Shown here: positions 1 to 15,900 of the stretch, in pieces
How positions within the stretch are numbered: position 1 is the stretch's first letter
How the letters are laid out: each line of letters starts with the position of its first letter
DNA from: Octopus sinensis
Taxonomy: Eukaryota
NCBI RefSeq assembly: GCF_006345805.1
Contig: NC_043006.1
Location: 71,920,001 to 71,984,000, forward strand
DNA: 64,000 nucleotides
Reading direction: 5' to 3'
Made by a program: the position numbers and the translations under genes
Notes under the pieces: generated by a model
Seen by the model: only the letters and a program-made list of their open reading frames with translations
What the model was told of the DNA's origin: nothing
The model's database searches: none

Positions 1-803
1 TCATATTTTACTTGTTTCAGCCATTAGATGGAAGTCATTCTGGGGAGCCACCTTGAAGAATTTGAGTCAAACAAATTGACCCCAGTGCTTAATTTTTTTG
101 TAAATATGGCATTTATTCTAATCAGTTGCTTTTGCCAAGGTGCCAAGTTATGGAATCACAAACACAACACTGGTTGTCAAGTGATGGTGATGGTAGGACA
201 AACAAAGACACACACACACATACATACATATATATGATGAGCTTCTTTCAGCTTCCATCTGCCAACTCTACTCACAAAGCTGCAGAGGAGGAATAAGAAA
301 TAAAATGTTTTTGGTAGTGTAGAAAATAGTATATTGGAAATAATAATGTTAGTCTGAATGAACGTAATTTCTTCTGACTAACCTTATGCATATATGTAAG
401 TATTCATACTCACACAAAAGGCTTCTGCACAGTTCCTCTCTACCAAATTCTACACACAAGATATTAGGTAAACTGACACCATAGAAAAAAATATTTGTCC
501 AAAAAGCTTTGCAGTAGGACCATACTCTAAACTACATGATGGTGAAGCAAACTGTTTTTGGCCATAGATGGCGCTGCTACCACCAACGACGATGCCATCA
601 TCGGCATTTAACATCCGTTTTCCATGCTGAGATGGGTTGGACAGTTTGAACAGAAGTGGCAAACAGGAGTATTGAAAGAAGTACTGAGATATTTCATAAA
701 GCAGTATTGCAATGCATAGTTGAGAGGTAACGAGATCTAACATAAAACAGTAGTAAGATGTATCATAGAGAAGCAGTGATTTATATCATAACAAGTTACT
801 TAC

Positions 804-936
804 AGCTGATGTTGATTTCTCTACCAAGGCAGAAACTTTTTTCATGGAGGCATCAGTCTTAATGGCATTGGGATTCAACAAGACAGCTTGTCTCCTTTTG
901 GATGGCAACTGGCTGAGAACATCTTTCTTCATCCGT
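804..936 (-). CDS. SMARCAL1: SMARCAL1 exon
   Basis: acag|(R)[22 protein letters not shown]...EKSTSA|gtaagt. Confidence 0.93.
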
Positions 937-3900
937 CTGTAAATAACAATAATTAGAAACAATTATTATTATTATTATCATCATCGTTATTATATGAAAA
1001 CAAACAGCTTATTTTGCTGGGTATGATGGAAAGTGTCAGCTGTCCACAGCCAGCAGACTAAGAGGACACTTGTTTACTGGTCAGGCTTCAAGAACCCTAT
1101 GAAGAATTCTGTGCGACAGGTGCTTAAGAAGTTATCCCCCAAGACTAAAGCATTGTCATCACTGCAGTATTTAAATAATACCTCCAACCCACCCCCACCA
1201 CCCCCATACTAAACCATTTAAGATTTTTCATCGTCTCTCCTCAGACTTGCAACTCTATGTTACATTTTGCCTACAGATAATAATTGGATGGAGAAGAAGG
1301 TAGAATAAGAGGAAAGAGAGAAAGAAAAACAAGAAGGAAAAACAAGGAAGTGGAGGGGAGGGTGCAAGAGAAGATGGGCATAACGAAAAGATAAGCCATG
1401 AAGTAGCTAGCTTGATCTGTAATAAGCAACTGTATGGTAGCACACCTGTTTCTGTCTTCACTCCCGATCTTTCTCTCTCCAACCAGGTAACCTTGTACTT
1501 CCTCTTCAGCAAGACACCTATATCTGTCACATTATAACCTTTGCATCATCACTTCTTCCAATGCCTCTTTCCCTCTTAAAAGCTTTTGTCTTGCAAGTAC
1601 TTGGTGACCCTGTCAGTGCAGGTGCCACTTAAAAAGCATTCGGTCCACACTGTAAAGTGGTTGGTGTTAGGAAGGGCATCCAGAAGTAAAAACCTTGCCA
1701 AAACTGACCTTGCCTGTGCTTGTGCCATGTAAAAAGCAATAAGTTCACTCTGCTGAGTGGTTGGTTAGGAAGGACATCCAGCTGTAAAAATCTTGCCAAA
1801 ACAGTCACAGAAGTCTGGTGCTGGCTTTGGCCTGGCCAGCTCTTGTGATACCATCCCACCCATGCCAGCATGGAACGCAGATGTTAAATGATGATGATGA
1901 TGATGAAACAACAACTACGAAAGTGAAACATTATCTACAACAACAACAACAACAGCAACAGTAGATATTTAACAGTTGGGTACTTACCTGATCATAACCT
2001 TCTCTTCCATAAACACCTGTAGTTCAGCCATGTTGGAATAACCACTGAAATCCCAACCCCAGGCATTCTGGGAATGAAATGAATATTTTGTTATAGAAGC
2101 ATGTATAGTATAGGACTACAGTGTGTAGAATGTCTCTCTTGTATTGTATATAGCATGTAGAGTAATCTATATGATATTGTCTGAGGCAAAGTGGATGAGT
2201 TCCCTTTGAGCATTGGGCCTCACAGAAATAAGTTCCTTTTGAGCATTGGGCCTCTTGGAGGCAATGATCAAGACCTTTGGCATTGTCATGGTAGATACCA
2301 GTGTTATGCAAATGGCACCCATGCCAGTGGCACGTAAAAGCACCAATTACACTCTTGGAGTGGTTGGCATTAGGAAGGGCATTCAGCCACAGAAACCATG
2401 CCAAATCGGATTGGAGTCTGGTGCAGCTTTCCAGCTTGCCAGCCCTGGTCAAACTGTCCAACCTGTGCCAGCATGGACAACGGACGTTAAATGATGATGA
2501 TGATGTAGGTGCATGGCTTAGTGGTCAGGGTGTTGGACTCCTGATTGTAAGATTGTGATTTCGATTCCTGGCCCAGGCGATAAGTTGTGTTCTTGAACAA
2601 AACACTTCATTTCATGTTGCTCCAGTCCGCTCAGCTGGCAAAAGTGAGTGATACTGCAATGGACCAACGTCCTGTCCCAAGAAGAATACATGCAACAGAG
2701 AAACCAAGAAACTGACCCTATGCTCCTTACAGAGTAATGTGGACTAACTATTGTCTATAGTGTGTAGAATATCAGTGTGATGTTGTGTACAGTGTGTATA
2801 AGATACTTTCTATAGGGTAATGTGTAGAATAACAAGGCAGCGAGCCAGCAGAAACATTAGCACGCTGGGCAAAATGCTTAGCAGTATTTCGTTTGTCTTT
2901 ACGTTCTGAGTTCAAATTCCACCGAGGTTGACATCCTTTCGGGGTCAATAAATTAAGTACCATGTTCATACTGGGGTTGATCTAATCGACTGGCCCCCTC
3001 CCCCAAAATTTCAGGCTTTGTGCCTAGAGTAGAAAAGAATGTGTAGAATACGTTAATATTATGTATAATGTGCACAATATTTGTGCTGTATTGTCTACAA
3101 TGGGTATACAATATCATTGAGGTATTATATATACTGGGTACAATATCAGTATAGAATTGACTACAGGGTGTATATAGTATAAAGATGGTATTGTCTACAT
3201 TGTGTATACAACAGCCATATGGTATTTATAGTGGAAATACAATATCAATGTAATAATGTTTACAGTAGGTTTCAGCAGCCTTTTACAAGAAGCGAGCTGC
3301 ATGAGACACAATTCATCAACAGGTAGACTACTAAAAAGATTGAAAGTAATTTTTTGTTAGGTGTACCATTCAGGAAGTCCTACAGGCTGCACATTGTCTA
3401 TGACTGGTTTACAGAGTGTACACAAAATCAATATGGTGTTGTCTACAGTGTATATATAGTATCAGTGTGAATAATATTAAAAAAACTAACACTCATACAA
3501 GCTCAAGAGAAGTCTCTACAAAGCCACATGGCCTACTACAAATATTGGTCAAATCTCTCTTAAATCTCATTCTGTCTTATACACACTTTCAAATACAATC
3601 ACACATGGATACACATTAACATGCATGCAAACACACAACTACATACTCATTTTCAAACTTGCACACACTTTTACAGATTCACACACATACACATATTCAA
3701 CACAAACGTACATATTCGTGTATACAATACATACACACATACTAACAATTCAAACTGAACATTAACCACACTAATTTCATCTGGATATTCCACTATCCCA
3801 TCCCTTCTCCACCTGACAAGTCAAACAAGAAGAATGGTGCTGATCTGTGGGCACTGCATTACATCTTCACAGAGCATCATTGTAATTCAGTCTCTGAAAG

Positions 3901-6900
3901 TTACCAATCTCACCGAAGGGTTTCACTCTCACACATCCTAAAAATACCTTGTGCTCCTTACCTTTTTGCCATCACAGTAACGCAAACCATATTCAGTGAA
4001 ATTAATAGGTTGAAGTACCCCAACAATTTGGGTGAAAAGCTCTGATGGACGAGACAAAGCAGGTGTCCCGGTCAAAAGGATCACACGGGTAGCATTCTGA
4101 AAATGTAAATACATGGCTATTTGACAGTGGAATAAAAAAAATCCCTTTCTTGAAAAACAAGTAAGGACTGGCAACAAGGAAAGCATCCTACTATAAAATA
4201 TTGATTGCAAATTTTGGTACAAGGCCAACAAATTCAGGGAAGGAGTAAGTCAATTACATTAAACCCAATGCTTAATTGGTACTTATTTCATTGACCCCAT
4301 AAGGAAGAAAGGCAAAGTTGACCACAGCGGAATTTGAACTCAGAATGCAAGGATGGACACAATGCTGCTAAGTATTTTGCCTGATGTGCTAATAAATTCT
4401 GCCAACTAACTGCTATCTATAAAATTTTCTTTTCTACTCTAGGTACAAGGCCTGAAATTTGGAGGGAGGGGGCCAGTCAATTAGATTGAACCCAGTAGAC
4501 AACTGGTACTTAATTTATTGACACTGACATTGGCAGAATTTGAACTCAGAATGTAAAGACAGACAAAATACCGCTAAGCATTTCGCCCGGTGTGCTAACG
4601 TTTCTGCCAGCTTGCCACCTTGTCATCTATAAAATATTCTTTTCTACCCTAGGCACAAGGCCTGAAATTTTTTTGGGGGGGAGGGGGGCAGTCAATTAGA
4701 TTGGTCCCAGTACACAACTGGTATTTAATTTATCGACCTTGGCGGAATTTGAATTCAGAACGTAAAGACAGATGAAATACTACTAAAATTTCGCCCAGCA
4801 TGCTAAAGTTTCTACCAGCTTGCCACCTTGCCATCTATAAAATATTCCCTATAAGTATTCTTTAAGTCAGCATGAAAACGTGGACATAAAAATGAAAGAG
4901 CAAATTTCATCATCACCGTAATCATTTAATGTCCATGCTGCCATGGGTTGGACAGTTTAACAGGATCTGAGGGGGTCCAAGGATGGCACCGTGCTCCATT
5001 ATCTGCTTTGGTATGGTTTTTACAGCTTGATGCTCTTCCTAACACCAGCGTACAGCATGTACTGAGGGCTTTTTTTTGTGCCAGCTGCACTATTGAGGTC
5101 ACTATACAGCTTGCAGGACTATGAACCCTGGGAGAGGCGGGTATCAGCTTCATGCTAGGGGACAAGGTGTGTAAGTGTGTATGTGTATTTGTGTGTGTGT
5201 TTTGTGAAAGACAACTAAAGGGTTGGCATCAGGAAAGGCATCCAGCCATAAAATGTGTGGGTTATCTATGACAATTACTGTGCTAAATATTAATGAAATA
5301 ATACACTAACCTGGAGTATTGGAAGTGCTGCTTTTGTTCTGGCACTCTTGAAATTCTTCAGGAAGTGGGATTCATCCTTTCAAGGAAAAACAAAAAAAGG
5401 AAAATACACAAAGAAAAGATGATACCAAATGTCAGAGAATGTTGATAAAAATACAAAAGGAACAAACACTAAGGTGTAGCATGGCTGTTCACACACAGGC
5501 ATCATAAAATATATATATATATATATATATAAGACGGAGATATCAATCATTATTCTCTTCCTCCTTGCTACCACTGCCATTGTCATCGTCATCATCATAC
5601 ATCTGTTTTCTGTGCTGGCATGGATTTCATGGTTTGAATCTGATGAGGTGCATGATTGTGTTGAATTCCAATGCCAGTTTTGGCAAAGTTTCTATGGCTG
5701 GATGCCCTTCCTAATGCCAACCATTTTACAGAGTGCACTGGGTGCTACTTTCATGCTACTGGCACCACTGATGTCACCAAGTAACTTGCAAGACAAAGAA
5801 AAGAAAAAGCCCCCTTCAAATGAGTGGGACCGTATTTGAAAGAAGGGGAGGCAGCTTTATGCCAGGTGTTGAAAGGTTAAAGTATGATAGAGAGAGACAA
5901 GCACAGATGTCTTATTTCTTTATTGCCCACAAGGGGCTAAACATAGAGGGGACAAACAAAGACATTAAGTCGATTACATCGACCCCAGTGCGAAACTGGT
6001 ACTTAATTTATCAACTCCGAAAGGATTAAAGGCAAAGTCAACCTCGGCGGAATTTGAACTCAGAATGTAATGGCAGACGAAATACTGCTAAGCATTTCGC
6101 CTGGCATGCTAACGTTTCTGCCAGCTCGCCGCCTTAAGATGTCTTGCTATAGTGGAAACAAAGCTACCCCGTAACGGTGAGTAGAAGTAGCCAGAAAGAT
6201 GACAATGATGGTGGTGCCAAGGTGTCGAACCACTCTTAAGGTAGAAGATGAGTATAAGAGAGAATACAGACAGATAAATGGGGGTGGGGAAGAAGGAGAA
6301 GATTAGTAGTATCATTAAAGTATGAGAGGAGAATTACAGATGGTTAGAATTGGGAATAGTGGTGAACATAATGAATGATATACAAGGGTGGTTGTGTAGT
6401 CAGAGGTAAATATTAGTATGAGGGAGGAGGAAGGTGAGAGAGATAGAAGTGGCTCAGAATGGAGCTGACAAGCAGCAGTACAAAAGGTGTGGAGAGCAAC
6501 AGTATCAAAAACCTGTAGATAGATCAGAAAGTAAGGAGATGATATACATACAATTACACACACAAGCTTCTACACAGTTTTCAGCAACCAAATTCAAACT
6601 CAGAAAACATTGGTCAAACAGAGGCTACAAGTGAAATGACAACTGATCAAAATATCTGTGCTCTTGCTCCCATCATAAATAATACTCTTCCCCATCACAC
6701 TAAACAAATTAAGAAGCAAGCACACATACATTCATATATGTATGCATGCATAGTTAAGAGGTATTTGCGTATATATGTGTAAATGCGTGAGTGAGAGGGC
6801 AGAGGGAGAGAGCCAGAAAAAGAGAATGCATGTGTGCACCTGCATATCTGTGTCTGTTTTTTTGTCTCTTTTTCTACACAGAAAGCTCAAATAATCAAGC

Positions 6901-9900
6901 TGCCAAAGCCCTCCACCCATGTTTCTCCTGTGCCAACCTGTACAGTCATGCAAAACTTCTGCCACTAGCTTCTTTGATGTTATTGCTAAATCTGGATTTT
7001 GGTCTTCCTCTTGTTCTTTAGCAGTATAGCATACCTGTTTAGCCATCTATTTAAAACTGTATACAGCTATGGTACGACCACACTTGGAATTCGCATCATC
7101 AGTTTGGAACCCCTATCTTGCACAGAACATTGACCTCCTGGAATCTGTCCAGAGACGTGCAACCAAACGCATACCCTCCATCAGACACCTACCATATTCT
7201 GAGCGCCTTGTTTCCCTGGGCATGGATTCACTGAAGCTCCGGCGTTTGGCGACGGACTTGGTAAACACCCACAAAGTTATCAACCACCTCACCAACAACA
7301 ACACTGAACACCTTTTTGATCTCCATGTGTCTAACACACGTGGACATGCCTACAAAGTCAGAAAACAACACAGCTCCCATGACTTTCGGAAACATTTTTT
7401 CACGCTCAGAGTTGCTGAAGCATGGAATAAACTGCCTGCGTCAGTTGTTGACTGCCATGACACTGCATCCTTTAAGGCCCTCATGCTTTCCGAAATCCGC
7501 CGAAACTACACCTGATTATATATACACTTTAGATGAGTTGTAGTGCACCTGAGCACTGTACACAATTATTATTATTATTATTATTATTATCAAGAACCTA
7601 TCTACAAAGTATTTGGCCAGAAAAGCTCCATTTTCTTTTCATGATGGTATTTAAGCCATATTTGCCTATAAAAAAATGAAGTTATAAAATTTCACTGTAT
7701 TTAGATTAAACGTTATGGTAAGCTTTCACAATCTGGAAGAGAAGGTCAGAATGCAACTGTTAGCTACTGGTGTTGACTATCTGCCAAACATTTCATATGC
7801 TCAGTCAGATGCTTCTCAGCGAGTTCATGTCCAAACAAGTAGGAGCAGGTTTTTGCATTGCAAAATTGCAACCAAGGGTATATATGGGTTAAGAGTCTTT
7901 CCTGGCACTTCATCTTGCAAAGGGCCCAATCATTAGTTCCTTTATCTATCCAGCTTATTCTGAAAACGCATCTAAAACACCGCTGTTGTTCAAATGCTTC
8001 AAATTTCCTTTTATCAATTTCCTTTATAATCCAGCATTCAGCTCCGTAGGTAGCTATGAATAGTCCACATTACTCCATAAGGAGCACAGGGCTAGTTTCT
8101 TGGTTTCTCTGGTGCATGCATTCCTCCCTGGTTGCGACACGAGTCTGTCACAGGATTACTCATTCTTGCAAGCTGAGTAGATCTGAGCAATGTGAAATGA
8201 AGTTCATTGCTCAATAACACAGCACATCATCTGATCCAGGAATCAAAACCACAATCTTACGATCATGAGTCTAACACCCTAACCACTAAGCCACGCACCT
8301 CCATAGGTGGCTCTGCTAGATATCAATGAATCGAGGAGTTGTTTTTTTGTTTGCAAGGAGATGTCCTTCATCTTCATCACTTAACGTCTGTTTCTCATGC
8401 TGGCATGGGTTGGACAATTTGAGAGGAGCTGGTCAATTGGAGAGCTGCCCAGTTTCCATGTCTGCTTTGGCATGGCTTCTACAGTTGAATGCCCTTCCCA
8501 ATGCCAACCGTTTTACAGCAGTTTCTATTACACAGCACTGGTACAGGTACTTTTATGCAGTGCCGGCACGGGTGCTTTTTACATAGTACTGGCACATGAT
8601 TAGGTATACTCAGCTGGAGAGAGATGCTAGGGACATGCCTGTATGCAAGGACAACCATGTATTTACTTAGTTTGACATACCTTCTCAAGCACAACAAACT
8701 GACAAAAGTCTTGGCCCATCATCCCCTGGGTGAGGCCCAACACCTGAAGATCGTTTTTCACCACTTCGTTCAACATCTTTTTGGGTCTACCCCATCCACA
8801 CATTCCCTCCACAATTAGAGCTGAGCCTTATTCTTTCATATAGTGTTCAGTGATATCATGGCATTCTTGGCCATGCCTGGTTCATAAGGGCCGGTTTCCT
8901 GGTTTCCTTGGCATATAGGTTCCCCACCTGGACAGGACGCCGGTCTGTCGCAGGTGAGCTGCAAGATGCAGAAGGAAAGAGTGAGAGAAAGTTGTGGCAA
9001 AAGAGTCAGCAGAAGTTTGCCATTACCTTCTGCCGGAGCTATGTGGAGCTTAGGTATTTCACTCATAAACACACACATCACCCGATCTGAGATTCAAGCC
9101 CGCGATCCCTCGACCTCGAGTCTGCTGCTCTAACCACAAGGCCATGTGCCTCCACTTATCAGTGTCTGTGAATATATATTTACATACAACCAATGCCAAT
9201 ATGAAAAACAGACATTAGAAGCTGATGATGATGATGATGACAACACACACGCATATATGTATACCCTGACACACACATACACATTACTGACATGGAACCC
9301 TACTTACCATAATTACAATTTTAAACTTCTTGGTTAACAATTCATTTGATTTCTTTGACATCAGATCATAGCTGAGAATATTAACCATTCCACTTACACC
9401 ACTATCTTTGCCTTTCAAGGCCACATTTATCTCTTGTGGATCCAAGCTGGGTACCCAGCGTCGAATTTGCTGAACAAAAGAGGTGATGATAATAATAATA
9501 ATAATAATAACAATAATAATAATAATAATAGTAACCATAAGGGCATCACAGCAAACCACAGCACATACCCAAGGCACACAGAGCTGTGCTCGGTAGTGCA
9601 GTGAAAGCACGTTATAAAAATAAGACTACTGAATAATAATAATAATAATGTGATAGATAAAAGAAAAATGGAAACCAAGATCATAGATATTGCCACACCT
9701 GGGGATATAGGGTATAGATGACAAAGAGCTGGAAAAGATGGAGAAATATAGACTACTAAAAGATGAAATTACAAGAATGTGGGCAATGAGGAGAGAAATT
9801 GGAATTGACATGAGGGCAGAGCCAATCCAAAAAACTGCTCTGTTGAGGACAGCTAGGATTTTGAGATTGGTGCTTGGGTGTTGAGTGTCTTCCATGAGTT

Positions 9901-12900
9901 AACAACCAGGTACCAAAGCTTATGATTTATGGAAACAGATCCGGTGAGATCTCTGACAACAAGTTGCTGTCCACTCTCACAGAATCAACCAGAACAAGTA
10001 AGACCAAGAGCTCTAAGAAATAAAATAATAATAATTGGTCCTTTTCGTCTATGCAGACGGTCAATTTAGCTTAGAGGTCACTTAATTGAACATATTAGGG
10101 GCTCCCTTTCTTGCAGCTTCTTTCATGGCTGATTCTTCCTATGATTGAAGCGCAGCTTCTGTCACAGTACTTGCATGCCAAGAGGGTGGCTCGGCACTCT
10201 GCATTTCTGTTGTTTTCCTTTCGCCGCTGACGCTTCTTAATTTTTTTGTTTCTGTAGCTATTCTCTAGCGAAGCAGTTCCTTCCCTCACTACAGTCTTCC
10301 ATGTTGTTCTGTCCTCAGCCCTCTCTTCCCAAGTGCTGACATCCACCTCACACTTGGACAAACTAGTTTTGCAAGTGTTCTATACCTCAGTTTTGGTCTT
10401 CCTCTTGGTCTCTTGCCCTGGGCCAGTTCTCCATAGAGCAGTTGCTTCAGGATGCGATGGTCATCCATTCTCCTGACATGCCCCAGCCACCTTAGTCTTC
10501 TCCTGCACCAGCACTTAACATTGGTGACCTTGTTGCACCATGTTAGGCCTAAGATCTTGCGGAGGCATCTGAGATAGAAAATGCAGAGGCAGCTTTCCTG
10601 TCTGCTGTACAAGGTCTATGTTTCAGATCCACAGAGGAGTGTGCTGAGAACACATGCTTCATAACTCCTGATCTTTGTCTTGATGTCTAATCTCTTGTTC
10701 TTCCATACTTGTTCTGTCAGTCTTTCAAAATTTGTTGCTGCCTTCCCTATCCTGAAATTAATCTCATCATCAAGTGAAGTAGTAGAGGAAATGGTAGACC
10801 CTAGACAGCAGAACCTGTCCACTGTCTCAAGCTTGATATGGCCTTTCACTGTGCCCTCCTGAGTGAGGATGACTGTCTTCTTTACACTGATGACCAAACC
10901 GAAGGCCTTACATGCTGATGATAGGTGGTCCATCATTATTCCTGCTGAGAAGGACTGGTGCTAAGACACAACCTTGTTTTACTCTGCTGTTGATGTTGAA
11001 GCTATCTGATATTAAACTGTCAAAGAGAATATTGGCCTTCATGCCATCATGGAATGAAACAATAAGCTGCAGTAGTATTGGGGGACAGTCACATTTTCCA
11101 AGCACCATGTACAGTCCTGACTCTAACCCTAACCCTCATACCACTTTACCATGTGAAAAGGGGATACCATTTCACTACAACATCCTGAAAGGATGAAAGG
11201 CAAAGTCAACCTCAGCAGAATTTGAATTCAGAATGTGAAGACAGACAAAATGCATCTAAGCATGCTAAACATGCAGGGACAACTTGAACCTAATCTAAAA
11301 TCAAAGTGAAGCCAACAATTGAATTAACCACATACCTAAAATATATCCCAAAGCTTGTAATGAATTTGCTTAGTAGTTTAGCACATGCAGATTTAGATGA
11401 ATTATTTCTAATAATCTAAAATATGTATATAATAAAATTATTTATAATTTATATGCATGTGCTTAGTAAATATAATAAATTAAATAGAAAAATACAATTG
11501 ACAATAACAATTTATAACACATATATAATATACTATAAAACTATAAAATAAACATCAGATAATATAACCAATTTTTTTTTAAAAAACCAAATATATATAT
11601 ATCATCGCCATTTAACATCCTTTTTCCATACTGGCATGGGTTGGATGGTTTAACAGGAGTAAACAAGGGCAGGAGTTGCACCAAGCTCTATTGCCTGTTT
11701 TGGCATGATTTCTACAGCTGGATGCCCTTCCTAATGCCAATCACTTTACAGAGTGTACTGCATACTTTTTACATGGCACAGATAGATAGATGGATGGATG
11801 GAATGACAGACAAATAGGTAAGATAAATAGAAAAATAGATGAGATTATATATATGCATGTATCTAAAAATATGAAAATTGAAATAGAAAAAAATTGTAGC
11901 CAGAAACTTTGTTTGAAGATAAGACATACCTGAGCCCAGTCAAATCGTACTGAAGAGGGAACAACAATCAGGAGGGGCCACTCATTTCTGTAATAACAGG
12001 CAACTGAAATGGCTTGAAGTGTTTTGCCAAGACCCATTTCATCAGCCAACAAAATCCTGCCTCTTCGTTCAATACTTATTCTGTGAAAAGATTGATGTAT
12101 ATGATATAAATATTGAGATGAAATTTATCACACTTCATGTGAATATCATGGATATTCTATATAAAATACTATGTTCTGAAGAGCAGGTAGACTATTCATT
12201 CCATACCCACACAGAAAAATAAATACTGAACAAAGAATGACAACAGTTGATATTAGGTAGAGTCAAAGGGATAAATGATTATCTTATGAACTTCATTAGT
12301 TTACAGCTGTCTCTGCCATAAAATGAAGTGGACTTATAGTTGAATAATGTCCTACAGCTTCACTGGAGCCTCAAATATAAAGTGCAGTATTTGGAAAAAG
12401 GAATTACAGTTATTCCTTAGACATGTTAGTTTCTTATTACCACTCTGTACCTAACTCTTCATTCTGAAACAAATGTATATTCAGCTCTATACAAGGTTAT
12501 TAGTCTCGAAATGCCTCAGCGAAATATATATATATATATATATATATGGCTGTGGTAAGTAGCTTGCTTGCCAAAAAATTGACCCCAGGACTTATTCTTT
12601 GTAAGCCTAGTACTTATTCTATCAGGCTCTTTTGCCGAACCACTAAGTTATGAGGGACGTAAACACACCAGCATTGGCTGTCAAGCGATGGTGGAGGGGA
12701 CAAACATGGACACACAAACATATATATATATATGATGGCATTCTTTCAGTTTCCATCTACCAAATCCACTCACAAGGCTTTGGTTGGCCCTAGGCTATAG
12801 TAGAAGACACTTGCCCAAGGTGCCATGCAGTAGGAATGAACCCTGAACCATGTGGTTGGTTAGCAAGCTACTTACCACACAGCCACTCCACACCTATATA

Positions 12901-15900
12901 TATACATATATATATATAATTTAATGAAGACACAACAAACGGATATATTACAAAAACATAACAAACAGAAAATTTGTAGCTTATTTCTCATCAGTCAATG
13001 TCCAAAAGAACATTACAATTTTGGACCTTTAACATTAATATTGTTCACTTTTGGTGGCGCAAGGGCAAAAAGCCACTGGGAATAGTTAATGAATGTACAG
13101 AACAGTGACGAAAACAAACATGACAAAATAAAACATAAATATGTAAAAAAAAAAAAAAGGCATGCAGCCACAAGACAGACTGACATGGGGTAATGAAAAT
13201 ACATGTGTGTATATATGCGTATATATATATATATATATCAGGATGGCCATTTCTTTCTTGCTAAATAAACATGCACTATATATTTGTTCTTCACTCATTT
13301 ATTATTGTTCTTATGCAATCCAGAATGGACTCAACAGAACAGAAGGAAACTCATGGTTGGAAGAGTTGCTAAAGAGGTCACAGATGAGTGATGAAAAATT
13401 TCCAGACAATGGACATAAGATGAAATAAGAACAATAAATAAATGAAGTGAAGAATGAAGATACAGTGCATGTGTTTATTTGGCAAGAAAAAAAAATATCT
13501 GTTTCAACACACATTTTCACATCAGTAATCTTGCAAAACAAATTCATAAACATCATCATCATCATTTAATGTCTGTTTTCCATACTGGCATGGGTTGGAT
13601 GGTTTGACTCAAGTCTGGAGAGCCAGCTGCTGCACCAGGCTTCAATCTGATCTGGCAATGTTTCAACAGCTAGATGCCCTTCCTGACACCAACCACTCCG
13701 AATGTATTGGGTGCTTTTTTTACATACCACTGGCACAGGATCCAGTCAGGCACGTCTGGCATCAATCATGTTTGGATGGTGCTTTTTATGTGCCACCGGT
13801 ACGGGAGCCAGTCTGGGGATACTGGCATCAGCCACATTCGGTTGGCGCTTTTTACATGCCACTGGTACGGAAGCCAGTCAGGTAGACCTGCATTCGACCA
13901 TGTTCAGATGGTTCTTTTTATGTGCCACTAGCACGGGAGCCAGTCTGGGGGTACCGGTATTGGCCACATTCAGTAAGTGCTTTTTATGTGCCACTGGCAC
14001 AGGAGCCAGTCAGGAGACACTGGCCACAGCTACGATATTGGTTTTACTTGACTCAATAGGTCTTCTCAAGCATATGCATCAGGAATATTCTTAACAGGGC
14101 TGGACATGCATGGCTGCAATCTCACTTTAGTTTCTGGGTCTTCTCAATCACAGCATATCTCCAAAGGTCCCGGTCTCCTGTCATTGCCTCTGTGAGGCCC
14201 AATGTTTGAAGATTATGCTTCACCACCTCATCCGATGTCTTCTTGGGTCTACCTCTTCTACAGATTCCTTCAACAGTTAGGGAGTGGCACTTCCTCACAC
14301 AGCTATCTTCATTCATATGTAACACATGACCATACCAGCGCAGATGCCTCTCTCTTGCACACCACATGTGACACTTCTTATGCCCAACTTTTCTCTCAGG
14401 CCACTTACACTGTTGTGTATGCACACTGACATTACACATCCAGTGGATCATACTAGCTTCATTTCTTTCAGGCCTATGCATGTCCTCAGTATTCATGGCC
14501 CATGTTTCACTTCCGTGTAGCATGGCAGTTCACACACATGCATCATACAGTCTACCTTTTGCCCTGAGTGAGAGGCCCTTAGTTGCCAGCAGAGGTAGGA
14601 ACTCCCTGAACTTTGCCCAGGCTATTCTTACTCTAGTTGCTACACTTTCAGAGTAGCCACCTCCACCACAGACTAGGTTGCCTAGGTAGTGGAAGCTATT
14701 AACTACTTCTACATACACACACATACACATATATACATATTTATATGCATGTACACCAATCTCTATGGAGGGAACCTGCAGAAGGAGAAAAACCCAAGAA
14801 GATATGGGATGTGGTGGTAAAGCATGATCTTCAAATGTTGGGCCTAGTGGAGGTGATGACCAGTGACCAAAACCTTTGGCAATATGCTGTGCTTGAGAAG
14901 ACTTGTCAAGTGAAATTGTAGTCATGACCATTGTCAGTGTCATGAGAATGGCACCCATAAATTCGTAATCATGGTCATTGCCAGTAGCATGATCCTTGAA
15001 TGTTGGGCCCTATAGAGGCGATGATAGATGATCAAGAACTTTGGCGATATGCTGTGCTTAAGAAGACTCATCGAGCCAAGTGAAATTGCAGTCGTGACTA
15101 TTGTCAGTGTCATGTAAACGGCACCTATGAAATCATAGTCATGGCTGTTGCCAGTGTCGTGCCGGTGGCACATAAAAAGCACCTATGACACTCTTAGAGT
15201 AGCTGGTGTTAGGAAGGGCATCCAGCTATAGAAGCCAAACCAGATCAGACTGGTGCAGGCCTCCAGCTTACCAGTTCCGGTCAAACCATCTAACCCATGC
15301 TAGCATGGAAAGCAGACGTTAAATGATGATGATGAAGCATACATGTACTGTATTAACAGCGGTGTATTTGTAAGGCAGAACAAGAACATGTCCGTACAAC
15401 AATGGATATAGAATGCTTTAATAAGAGAAAGTATGTCAGTTGGTCAACTGATTATGTTTTATTCTGCTCTAGAATGTTTGTGCTGACTGATGATGATGAT
15501 GATGTTTGGGGAAAGGAGAGTTTAAGAATGCAATATACTCACTTAACCCCTTCCAACTGGAATGGCATCAAACTCTCCAGAAGGCATTTATCTATTATAG
15601 ACAAATCAATAGCTGATTTGGTAGGTGATGATGATGATGATGATGGTTGCTGCTGCGTTTTCATTTTGTGTGCAAAAATCTGAACAATGAAACTTGGCAG
15701 TGGTACAACTTTGACTTCTGGTTCTAAAACTCTGGCTTGCTTCACTGTAATATAAAGAACACATTAACATCATCATCAGCACCACAATAATTTAATTTAA
15801 ATGCGGGAAAGAAGACAAGGGTTAGGAATCAAGAGAGTATAAACTGTAATCCCTCAACTACTACGGGTGTAATGTTCCAAAACCACCACCCCCGCGATAG

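Noticed and set aside
450-743. Further SMARCAL1 exon in the 97-aa minus ORF
   Set aside because: No resemblance to the expected downstream SMARCAL1 sequence; it overlaps repeat fragments.
12920-13005. Hammerhead at minus-strand CTGATGAGAAAT..ATTTTC
   Set aside because: No GAAA, stem III or stem I partner follows.
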